Position numbers and translations under genes: made by a program. From an uncultured Planctomycetaceae bacterium (GTDB lineage Bacteria > Planctomycetota > Planctomycetia > Isosphaerales > Isosphaeraceae): DNA of 64,000 bases. Location of the stretch: NCBI GenBank assembly GCA_963833985.1, contig CAWIAD010000001.1:1920001-1984000 (forward strand), read 5' to 3'. The notes beneath the pieces are model-generated. The model was not told the origin of the DNA. It did not search any database and was given only the letters and a program-made list of their open reading frames with translations. Shown piece by piece: positions 11,341 through 26,546 of this stretch; position 1 is the stretch's first letter, and the number at the start of each line of letters is the position of its first letter.

Positions 11341-12534
11341 TCACGAACGCTTACGCGGCGCACTCTCGTTACCGGCCGACCCCGCCGCGCCTGGGTTCGG
11401 TCCGGCAGATACCCGCAGCGCCGCCGACACGTCGGCGAGCGTCGCGTCGGGCACCGTGAAGGAGTTCTCCAGCAATTGCTCGTCGTCGTTGATCAGCTCC
11501 GGGAACCGCCGGCCCGGCAGCACCGTCACCGCGAAGACCTCCTGCACGGCGGTCTCAAACCGCAGCAGCCCGACCACCTGACCGTTCCTCAGGTCGATCA
11601 CGCAGACGCCGCAGGTCCGCTCTTCCGCCGTGAGCCGCTCGGTGACCGCGATGCCGCTGAACACGGCGCTCTCGCGCACCTGGGACAGGCCGACGAACGC
11701 CAGGTTGCCGGCGAAGTCCACGCCGCGGGTGAAGCCCGGCACCTCGGCGATGGGCACGTACCTGAGGTTCTCCGGGTCGATGTAGCCGAACGTCCCCGCG
11801 CCCGACTCGCAGACCCAGAGCCGGCCGCCGTACCACCGCGGCGAGTGGGGCATCGACAGCCCGCGGGTGATCACCTGGCCCGAGTCCACATCCATCACGA
11901 TGCCGCCCCTGGCCTTGTCCGCCCGCCAGCCGGCCGGCTCGTCGGTCTCGCCCAGCGCCGTGACGTAGCGCGGGCGGCCGTCGACCATGCCCAGCCCGTT
12001 GAGGTGGCAGCGGTCGGTGGGCTCCAGCGCGGTGACGAACGGCGGCCGCCACCGCGGCGCGAAGCTGGCCGAGCCGTCGAGCGTGCAGAGGCAGGAGAAC
12101 CGGGTGTTGACGGCCCAGAGCTCATTGCCCGTGCCCCAGGCCATCTCATGGATCTGGATGTTGCCCGTGACGTGGCTGGAGCGGGGCAGGAAGCAGGCGT
12201 CGTGCCGCTCGGGCGGCTCCAGCTTCGCCGTCACGGCCGGGACGTCGACGAACTCCCAGACCTGGACCTTGGTGCCGACGGCCAGCCGGTCGCCATTGAG
12301 GGCCATGCCCATCGGCGCCTGGAAGCCGCGGAAGTGGGTGTTGAGGTGGTCCCCCTCGTCGCGGACCAGCACCAGCTTGCCGGCCTGGTAGGTGGTCACC
12401 AGGAGCGATGCACCGAGCTGCCGTAGGAGCGCGGGGAAGTTCGGCGTGTGCACCGCCCGCAACGGCGTCGCGGCTTCGCTCTTGGGGGGATCGGAGTCGA
12501 GCGTCGGTCCAGCAGGTGGGATGGCTGTTGTCAT
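11341..12534 (-). CDS. TIGR03032 (DUF4915) family protein
   Basis: SLLVTTYQAGKL, VTGNIQIHEMAW, VNTRFSCLCT, DRCHLNGL, GLSMPHSPRWY motifs. Confidence 0.9.
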   Translation of the reverse strand: MTTAIPPAGPTLDSDPPKSEAATPLRAVHTPNFPALLRQLGASLLVTTYQAGKLVLVRDEGDHLNTHFRGFQAPMGMALNGDRLAVGTKVQVWEFVDVPAVTAKLEPPERHDACFLPRSSHVTGNIQIHEMAWGTGNELWAVNTRFSCLCTLDGSASFAPRWRPPFVTALEPTDRCHLNGLGMVDGRPRYVTALGETDEPAGWRADKARGGIVMDVDSGQVITRGLSMPHSPRWYGGRLWVCESGAGTFGYIDPENLRYVPIAEVPGFTRGVDFAGNLAFVGLSQVRESAVFSGIAVTERLTAEERTCGVCVIDLRNGQVVGLLRFETAVQEVFAVTVLPGRRFPELINDDEQLLENSFTVPDATLADVSAALRVSAGPNPGAAGSAGNESAPRKRS

Positions 12535-12919
12535 GATTCTCCAATGCTCTCGTCCGATGCGACCGATTCGCACGAAGCCCCTCAATCCTGTCCGATTGCG
12601 GCCGCGGTGTGTCGTTGCTCCATCGCTGATGCCCTCATCTTGGGGGTGAAACTGCGGGCACCGTCGCCTTGCACCGTCGCACGCTCACGGCTGGGTAGTC
12701 ACCAGCGCCCCAGCCGGGCTTTGTCCGCGAGCCGTTCTTATCTACCAGTACTGCGGGCCATCCGCGGTTGAGGACTGGACCCGTCGGAAACACTTGAGCC
12801 TGCCACATATGGCCGGCACGCGGCAATCTATGGCCTAGAAGTAGGTGCCGGCGAGCGGAGCGGGGCAGAAGGGAGGGATCCGGTCCCCACTCATTGAAAT
12901 CCGCAGTATTTCTAGTAGT

Positions 12920-13568
12920 ATGAATGAAATGTCACCACCCCCGGGGCAGATCTCGAACCTCGTCGCGCGCGTCGCCGCGGGCGACCTGGCGGCCGTGGTC
13001 GAGCTGCTCGAGCGGTATCGCGGCCGGTTGCGACGGATGGTGGCGTTGCGGCTGGACCCCCGGCTCCAGGGCCGCGTCGACGCCTCGGACGTGATCCAGG
13101 AAGGCTACCTCGACGCGATCCGACGGCTCGACGAGTTCATCCGGGACCCGGCCGTGCCGTTCTACATCTGGCTCCGCTTCCTGGTCGGCCAGCGGATGCA
13201 GGAGCAGCATCGTCGGCACCTCGACACGCCCGGCCGCGACGTCGGCCGCGAGATCTCGATCTACCGCGGCGCGATGCCCGGGGCGAGCACCGGGTGCCCT
13301 GGCCGCCCGGCTCCTGGGCAGGTTGACCAGCCCCAGCGGCGCGGCGATGCGGGCCGAGCGGAAGGTCCGGCTCCAGGAGGCCCTCAATCGCATGGACCCG
13401 CTGGACCGCGAGATCCTGGTCCTTCGTCATTACGAGCAGATGACCAACGGCGACGCCGCCGCGGCCCTGGGCCTGGACAAGTCGGCGGCGAGCAAGCGCT
13501 ACACCCGGGCGCTGGTGCGGCTCAAGGGGATCCTGGCCGCCCTGCCCGGGGAAATCACCGGGGGATGA
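12920..13568 (+). CDS. Planctomycete-type ECF sigma-70 factor (1-bp frameshift near 13293)
   Basis: RLDPRLQGRVDASDVIQE sigma2 region, LTSPSGAA linker, DREILVLRHYEQMTN sigma4 region. ORFs 12845.. and 13323.. join if one G is removed. Confidence 0.9.
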
Positions 13569-13570
13569 CC

Positions 13571-18944
<5,374 letters not shown>

Positions 18945-19039
18945 GGACCGGAGACTTCTGGTCGAGGGAATCAGCCACAGGGTTGGCGCGAACTTTGGGC
19001 AAGGTGCGTGGCGTAGATTGCTCGATCTCTGAAGTTGTC

Positions 19040-19363
19040 TGACGGTAGACGTTCGCGCCGGGCGGGATCTTGTTCCGCGCCGGTCGGATCGACGAGGCGA
19101 TCGCCCGCGTGAACGAAGGAATCGCAACCCTGAAAGAGCTGGAAACTCCCACAGATTGGGCCTACCTGGCCCTGGCCCATGCACAACAGGGGTACCTCGC
19201 CGAAGCCCGCCGGTGGCTCGAACGCGCCCGCACTTCTCCTTCTGTTTCATCGGAAGCCTTCTGGGATCTCCAGGAGCTTGCCCTTCTCCGGAGTGAGGCC
19301 GAGGCACTCCTCCTCGACGCCGAGTTTCCGAATGATCCGTTTGCTGATCCGCATCCGAGATGA
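19040..19363 (+). pseudogene. Orphan C-terminal TPR fragment of another Ser/Thr kinase
   Basis: GGILFRAGRIDEAIARVNEG...DWAYLALAHAQQG...QELALLRSEAEALLLDAEFPNDPF. No proper start; in-frame stops upstream. Confidence 0.75.
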
Positions 19364-19777
19364 ACCTGCTGCACCTCGCGCAAGATGTCATCGGAATCGC
19401 GGGAGACACAGCTTTTCAGCGCCCGAGACCATGGACGTGTCAATTCTCACTCGGAAGGGTAGTCCGGGTGAATGAGACAGCAATCACTACCTTCCGCGCG
19501 TCGGTCCGACACGCCGACGCGTTTTCGGGCGTTGCCTCTGGCCCCAAGTTCGTCAGATCAGCCTTAATGGTGCCGCGCCTGGCTCTCATCTGAACAGCTT
19601 CCACCCTCGGTCCGTGAACGCTTACCGCAACGATCGGTCACCCCGAAACAAGGCCGCTCTTGCGAACCGTTGCTCAACGCGTGTTCAATAAACGAGAAGG
19701 CACCATCGCACGCGCAGGCGCCGGTGCACCGTCGATTGCCCGCAGACTCGATCCCGGAATCCCAGGGGGACCCTTCC

Positions 19778-22074
19778 ATGCGACAACCCGCGCGGCCGCC
19801 GGCCCGATCCATGAGCCTGGCGATGGCTTTCCTGCTGGCACTGGGCCGCATGGTGCACGCGGAGAGCCTGCCGGTGGTGACCGATGTCGACCTCCAGCCG
19901 CTGGCCGCGCAGGTCCATCGCGTGGTCGAGGCCCTCGAGGTCCTTGGCCAGCCGCTCTCCGCGCAGGAGAAGGCAAGAATTCAGCAAGCCGTCGAATCCG
20001 CCAGTGCCAGGAATGCCGTGCGACTGCTCCAGGAGGTTCTTGACCCCCATTGCCTGATCGGCATCGAGATCAACCCCGAAAGCCGCGTGAAGTCGGTACA
20101 GGGGCCTGCGCCGCGCGGCTCGTGCAGAACGGCTGGACGGTGTTCCTGATCAAGGTGAACAACCAGGCCGGAGTGACCGCCGAGCTGCAAGCCCGCAGCC
20201 CCAACGCCGAGCCGGTCTTCAAACCTTCGACCAACCGCGCGGAGCCCGGCAGGTCGATCCGCCCGGCCGACGTCACCGACCGCTGGCTGGACCTGAGCCT
20301 CTTCCGCGACCGGCCGCTGAAGCACGAGCTGTCGGGCCTGGCCGTGGAATACCGGATCATCCAGCTCTACAGCCGCGACGCCGGCAAGCGCGAGGCCCGG
20401 ATCCGCTTCAACGTGGGGCAGGGGACGCAGGACCTGGGGTTCCGCAGCGACGTCGATATCCTCTTCTCGTGCGACCCGGCAGTCCACGTCGTGCTCGACG
20501 TGCGCGAACCGGACGGCCGCCCGGCGATGGCCTCGTTCATCATTCGCGACCGCCTGGGACGTGTTTATCCCGCGCCCGGCCGCCGGCTGGCGCCCGACTT
20601 CTTCTTCCACCCCCAGGTGTACCGCCAGAGCGGCGAGAGCGTGCCCCTGCCGCCCGGTACCTACGAGGTTGAATTCACCCGCGGTCCGGAATACCTGGTG
20701 CAGCAGCGCACGATCCACGTGCCCGCCAGGCAAGAGCAGCATGAGACGTTCCAGCTCAAGCGCTGGATCCACCTCGCGCCGCTGCACTGGTTCTCCGGCG
20801 ACCATCACGTCCACGCCGCGGGCTGCGCCCACTACGAAAGCCCGACCGAGGGCGTCAAGCCCGAGGACATGTGGCGGCATATCCTGGGCGAGGATCTCGA
20901 TGTCGGCTGCGTCCTCTCGTGGGGCCCGTGCTGGTACGCCCAGAAGCTCTTCTTCGAGGGCAAGGTGCACCCGCTTTCCACCAGCGAGTACGTGATGCGT
21001 TACGACGTGGAGGTCTCGGGCTTTCCCTCGTCGCACGCCGGGCACCTCTGCCTGCTGCGGCTGAAGGAAGACGACTACCCCGGCACCACGCGCATCGACG
21101 AGTGGCCAAGCTGGGACCTGCCGGTCCTGAAGTGGGGCAAGGCGCAAGGGGGCGTCGTGGGCTTCTCGCATTCGGGCTGGGGACTGAAGACTTCCACCGA
21201 CGCCATCCCGACGGACGAGATTCCCCCCTTCGATGGCATCGGGGCCAATGAGTACATCGTGGACGTGGTGCACGACGCGGTCGACTTCATCTCGACCGTG
21301 GACACCCCCGCTCCCTGGGAGCTGAACATCTGGTACCACACCCTGAATTGCGGCTTCCGGACCCGGATCAGCGGCGAGACCGACTTCCCGTGCATCTACG
21401 GCGAGCGCGTCGGCCTGGGGCGTGTCTACGTGAAGCTGGAGGACGGCCGGCTCGATTTCGACCGCTGGTGCCAGGGGGTCAAGGAGGGCCGTTCCTACGT
21501 CGGCGACGGCCGCAGCCACATACTGGACTTCCGCGTGAACGAGCACGAGCTGGGCGACGCCGGCAGCGAGGTCAAGCTGGTCGCACCCACGACGGTGAAG
21601 GTCCAGGCACGGGTGGCCGCATACCTCGATCCCGAGCCATCCGCCGAGGCGAAGTCGATCCGTCTCCGGCCGCTCGACGAAAAGCCCTACTGGGACATCG
21701 AGCGGGCCCGCCGGGGCACCAGCCGGAAGGTCAAGCTGGAAGTGGTGATCAATGGCCTGCCCGCCGCTTCGAAGGACATCGAGGCCGACGGTTCGCTCCA
21801 GGAGGTCGCCTTTGATCTGCCCATCAAGAAGTCGAGCTGGGTCGCGCTGCGGATCTTGCCGTCGTCGCACACCAACCCGATCTTCGTCATGGTCGGCGGC
21901 AAGCCGGTCCGCGCCTCCAGGAAATCGGCCGAGTGGTGCTTGAAGTGCGTGGACCAGTGCTGGTCCCAGAAGGAGCGCGCCATCCGCCCCGCCGAGAAGG
22001 AAGCGGCACGCGATGCGTACGACGTGGCGCGGCGGGCCTACCGCAAGATCCTCGCGGAATCCGCCGGGGAGTGA
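19778..22074 (+). CDS. CehA/McbA-family (PHP-like) metallohydrolase, secreted (frameshift near 20115)
   Basis: Signal peptide, WFSGDHHVHAAGC, GHLCLL, GFSHSGWG, ISGETDFPC, HTNPIFV. Confidence 0.85.
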
Positions 22075-22133
22075 GCGCGGTTCATGAGGTCCTCGTGCGC
22101 GAACGAATCGCGCGCCGTGGCCGCGCCGGCCGC

Positions 22134-23198
22134 TCAACCCGCGCAGCTTGCGGACCAGGGTGCGCGGATGCAGCACGCGCCAGGCCCTCAGGAGCGAGAC
22201 GTTGCCGGTCACGGGCGCCAGCCGGCTGCCCTGGAGCGGGCCGGTCAGCGCCCGGCCGTTGAGCGTGTCCCACACGGAGTGCGTCTGGTCGTCGACCATT
22301 CCCCGGGGGTCTTTCTGAAACGTGAGCACCGTGCCGCCGGCCCGGCGCTCGAAGGCCGCGATGGTGGCGCTTGGCCGGTCGAAGATGACAACCAGGTCCA
22401 GCCCGGCGAAGGAGTCGTTGAACACCGGCTGCTGGGCCAGCTCCGGGAGCGGCCAGGAGCAGGCTTGCCCGCCGCGCGCCAGACCCCACTGGAGCATCGC
22501 GAAATACCGGCTCTCGAACGATGCCGGCGAGGGCTCCGCGTCGTGACGGTAGTACTCGACGGTCCGTGGAATGTTCAGCACCGTGGTGCCCGGATGTCCC
22601 GCGCGCCACGTCTTCCAGTCGGTCCAGACGCAGGCGACGGGCTCCAGCGCCGTGCCGTCCAGCGGCCCGGAAACGGCTGACCCCAGCATCTGCGGCCAGT
22701 TGCTGCCGGTCTCCACGTCCTTCATCACCATGTTGTCTCCGGTGAGCTCGCCGGAAACGTAAAACGTGAGCGTCCTGCCGCCGGTCCGCCGCGCGTAGAC
22801 CACCGGCGACTGGCAACGCCCGCACCAGGTCACGGCGATGGGCTGGCCTCCGAGCGTGTCGTTCAGCACGTGGTGTTCCGGGCTGGAGAGCATGTTCAAG
22901 GGGTAGGCGCGGGCCTCTCCGTTCAGCTCCACACCTACCACGAAATACGAGTCGAGCACCGCGGCTCCGGCGTCTCCGGCGGCCAGCACCGGCATATCAA
23001 CCAGTGGCGGCTCCGGTCCGGTCCGCACGGGCGCTGGCTTCCGCGCTTCCGGCCTGTGCGACAGCCAGCGCCAGGTGCGCCCGGGCAACGTGGCCGGCGC
23101 GGGTCCGTGAGCGCGAGCGCAGCACCCAGGCAGAGCAGGGCGATTCCCACAAGCAACCCCAGGACCTTGATGCCGGTAAGTGCACGGGTACGCTTCAT
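22134..23198 (-). CDS. DUF3179-domain protein (frameshifts near 23100 and 22140)
   Basis: Signal/TM (23198 frame), GEARAYPL, HHVLNDTLGG, TWCGRC, WKTWRAGHPGT. Removing one G near 22138 restores a TGA stop. Confidence 0.8.
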
Positions 23199-23482
23199 CG
23201 AATCGATCGAACCTCCCGGGAATGCAGCACTTTCCGCGCACTTTACCGGCGCAGTTCAGCCTCGTTTGTCGCTTCTCAGTCTATCAGGTCGAGTTTTGCC
23301 CTGCTCGCCGGCAGGCGAAGTGTGACCTGGCCGTGTCGGGACCGCACAGCGCAATGCACGATCTGGATACCAGTGCAGGCCGGAGCCGTGAGTCCGATTG
23401 GCTCGTGTGCTCAAAGGACGGGCGGCTGATTCGCTTCGATGAGGCCGTGGTGAGCTGGTTCGTCTCCGGCTGGGGCGAGGGG

Positions 23483-24292
23483 ATGATCGACGACCACGAC
23501 AGCCGGCTGGCCAGCGCGTTCGATAACCAGGCGGCACGGTTCGAGTGCGCGCCTGTTCAGAGCGATCCGGCTGCACTGAGCCGCCTCGTCGAGTTCTCCC
23601 GGTTCCCCGCCGGCGGCACGGTTCTGGACGCAGGCTGCGGTCCAGGCCTGGTCTCGGAGGCTCTGCTGGAGGCCGGCTACCGCGTCATCGGCGTGGACCT
23701 CTCGCACGAGATGGTGGAACGGGCACGCGTGCGCTGTGCCCGCTGGGGCGGTCGGGCGGAGTTTCTCCAGGTCTCGCTCTTCGATCCGGTGCTGGACCGG
23801 CTGGCTCCCTGCGACGGCACGCTGTCACGCTACGTGGTGCACCACGTGACCGATCCGCTTGCCTTTGTAAAACGGCAGGCGGAGCTCCTCCGGCCCGGAG
23901 GCACGCTGGTGATCTGCGACCATCTCACCGACCCGGCTCCCGAGCTTGCCCGCCACCACGAGATGCTCGAGCGGGCACGCGACCGGACGCACACCAGGAA
24001 CCTCACCGCAGGCGAGCTTGTCGACCTGCTGGGCCGGGCCGGGCTGGAACAGCTGGCTTTCCAGGAAGAATCGTTCGTGCTCGATTTCGACGAGTGGTTC
24101 GATCGGGGCACCGCGGCGGATTCCAAGGCCGCCGTCCGTGCCCGGCTGCTGGACGGCCCCGCCGTGCGCGGCTTCCGTCCGATTCTCCGGGCGGATGGCT
24201 CGGTCCGCATCGACTGCCTGCGCGGCCTGCTCCGGGCAGTCAGGCCGCTGGCCCCCAAAGCGTGGACAAAACCAGAGATGTTAAAAAACTGA
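23483..24292 (+). CDS. Class I SAM-dependent methyltransferase
   Basis: VLDAGCGPG motif I, IGVDLS, LLRPGG. Confidence 0.88.
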   Translation: MIDDHDSRLASAFDNQAARFECAPVQSDPAALSRLVEFSRFPAGGTVLDAGCGPGLVSEALLEAGYRVIGVDLSHEMVERARVRCARWGGRAEFLQVSLFDPVLDRLAPCDGTLSRYVVHHVTDPLAFVKRQAELLRPGGTLVICDHLTDPAPELARHHEMLERARDRTHTRNLTAGELVDLLGRAGLEQLAFQEESFVLDFDEWFDRGTAADSKAAVRARLLDGPAVRGFRPILRADGSVRIDCLRGLLRAVRPLAPKAWTKPEMLKN

Positions 24293-24299
24293 CCTGTCG

Positions 24300-24328
24300 T
24301 TGACACCACCGCGCTTGTTGGATAGGAT
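24300..24328 (+). promoter_or_regulatory. Putative sigma70 promoter upstream of the lipoprotein/DUF1559 module
   Basis: TTGACA-17 bp-TAGGAT. Confidence 0.65.
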
Positions 24329-24703
24329 TATGGATAAGGTATTCCATGCTACCCGAAGAGCATGAATCCCTTCATCCCGCCGCTTCGGGTGCCTTCCCAT
24401 TTGCTCAGAACGTCTCGTGCTCCCGCCGGAGTGTGCCCCCGCCGTGTCAGCAATCTGCACGCAGAAAATCCTCGAATTCCTTGATCCTGCAGCTTGCCGG
24501 CGCGATACTGGCAGTCGAGCTGTTCTGGCCCGGTTTTATCCATTCTTATTCCGGCTCGATCTTATTTATTCACCAGCTATTATCTTTAACTTATTAAAGA
24601 TGAAGAGAACTCTCATGGGCTATGCGTGACGGGGCTAGCCAGGCGACGGTGCTTGATGTCTCGTTCGCGCAGTATCCGTGGCGTGAACGCCAGAGGAGCT
24701 TTG

Positions 24704-24914
24704 ATGGAGGTACCGGGGTTACCTTCTGTGGGTCGCAGGGAATTCTGCCTGGGAATTGTGGCCGTGCTGAGTCTCGCCGGTTGCGGCGATGGGTCCAGCG
24801 CAGGCCACGGTGGACAATGCGAAGGCCAAGGAGGATGCCGAGCGCGCTGCTCGCGAGCAGGCCTACGGGCCAGGCGGAGACCCGAACAAGACCAAAGCGA
24901 AGCACAAGCGCTAA
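24704..24914 (+). CDS. Small lipoprotein (frameshift near 24795)
   Basis: SD AGGAG; MEVPGLPSVGRREFCLGIVAVLSLAGC lipobox; continues in another frame as QATVDNAKAKEDAERAAREQAYGPGGDPNKTKAKHKR*. Confidence 0.6.
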
Positions 24915-25286
24915 GCCTTTACAGGCTCCGAGCGCGCCGCGTCGACCAGCCATACCGCCCGTGCGGTTCCGCTGGTGTGTATTGCGGCATCCGTATTGAT
25001 CGTTGAGAGCAATCTCATTCCAGCGGCGTGAGGCACCCTCACCGTCGAGCGTGGAGAGTGCGCAAGGCTGCTGCCGGCGGCGGATGAGCTGCCGCCGGCT
25101 GGTGTCGGCGAAATGCGCCATTCCTTCACAAGGGACTGGATCGGGCAATATCAGGCCTTGGGCGAGAGCCTGTAGGTTCCCACCTGCGCGCGCTTCCTGA
25201 GCCGGCGCGATCGCTCCGGGGATGAGCACTGGAGAATCGTTTTCAAGACGCTCTTTTTATCTCAGATCGAAAGTGGAGAGTTTTTT

Positions 25287-26411
25287 ATGAGACCGAAAGG
25301 CCAACGCGCGTTCACGCTCATCGAGCTCCTAGTGGTCATCGCGATCATCGCGGTGCTCATCTCCTTGCTCCTTCCCGCCGTTCAGGCGGCGCGTGAGGCA
25401 GCCCGTCGCTCCCAGTGCGTCAACAACCTCAAGCAGATCGGCCTGGCCATGCACAACTATCACCAGGCCAACGACTGCTTCCCCCAGGGGCATTCCCAGT
25501 CCGCCTCCCAGATTGGCTACGCCGGGGGTTATGCCGGCTGGACCGAATGGAGCGCCCAGGCCGAGCTGCTTCAGTACATGGAACAAGGCACCATGTACAA
25601 CTCCATCAACTTCTACTTCTGCGGTGGTTATAACTATGGACAGTATGCCAACAGCACCGCCTGGGGAAGCCTGGTGAAGAGCTTCATCTGTCCCTCTGAC
25701 AACTATGCCGCCACCGCGTCGCCCGGTATGGGCACCGGCAATCCCGGCTCGAACAGCTATCGCGGCAGCATCGGCACCACGACGTCGCCCTACAACTCGC
25801 TCGGCTACGGCGCTTGCTCCCCGGACCCCTACAACTTCAACGGTCCTGCCAGCTGTCAGCCCTACTCGACGGGCATCTTCGCCTACTGGGTCACTTACGG
25901 CCTGTCGAGCATCTCCGACGGCAGCTCGAATACCATCGCCTTCTCCGAGTCGCTCATCGGCTCGTCCAGTGGCAACGCCATGAGCCGCTTCAACTCCGTC
26001 ACCGGCGTCACGGCGGCCAACGTGGCCGAGACGTCCAACGCCCTGGGGCTGTCCCCGCTCGTCCTCTCCCAGGCGCTCCAGGCCTGCACCCAGGCCTACC
26101 AGTCGAACACGAACGTCAGCGTCGCCAACGGGAATCGCTGGGGATGGGGAGCGATGTCGATCACCTTGTTCAACACCGTGGTCACCCCGAACTCGAAGCT
26201 CTACCCCTGGAATTCCTGCCGCGACCAGTGCGGTGGCTGCGGTCCGGATGACTCGATCTTCTCGAACGCACAGAGCAACCACCCCGGCGGCGTGAACGTC
26301 ATGTTCGCCGACGGCAGTGTGCGGTTCGTCAAGGACTCCATCAACCAGCAGGCCTGGATGGCCCTCGGCACCAAGGACATGTCGGAGGTCATCAGCTCCG
26401 ACTCGTACTGA
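25287..26411 (+). CDS. DUF1559 prepilin-type N-terminal cleavage/methylation protein
   Basis: [48 protein letters not shown]-terminal [16 protein letters not shown] (H-X9-DG). Confidence 0.96.
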   Translation: MRPKGQRAFTLIELLVVIAIIAVLISLLLPAVQAAREAARRSQCVNNLKQIGLAMHNYHQANDCFPQGHSQSASQIGYAGGYAGWTEWSAQAELLQYMEQGTMYNSINFYFCGGYNYGQYANSTAWGSLVKSFICPSDNYAATASPGMGTGNPGSNSYRGSIGTTTSPYNSLGYGACSPDPYNFNGPASCQPYSTGIFAYWVTYGLSSISDGSSNTIAFSESLIGSSSGNAMSRFNSVTGVTAANVAETSNALGLSPLVLSQALQACTQAYQSNTNVSVANGNRWGWGAMSITLFNTVVTPNSKLYPWNSCRDQCGGCGPDDSIFSNAQSNHPGGVNVMFADGSVRFVKDSINQQAWMALGTKDMSEVISSDSY

Positions 26412-26499
26412 GCTGGAGCTCTCTCAGACCGCGGACCAGACCGCCCGGCGGCAGCGAACCTGCCGCCCGTCCCGGTCCGTGTCCCGGCTGGTCCCCTCT

Positions 26500-26530
26500 C
26501 CCGGCGGATTTCCCCTTTCCGCCGGGTTTT
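26500..26530 (+). terminator. Putative intrinsic terminator after the DUF1559 gene
   Basis: CCCGGCGGA-loop-TCCGCCGGG followed by TTTT. Confidence 0.55.
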
Positions 26531-26546
26531 CGCACGCCCCGATGGA

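Noticed and set aside
19981..23241. 1086-aa minus-strand ORF
   Set aside because: DUF3179 gene reading through a probable 1-bp error into the antisense of the CehA/McbA gene; not a real fusion.
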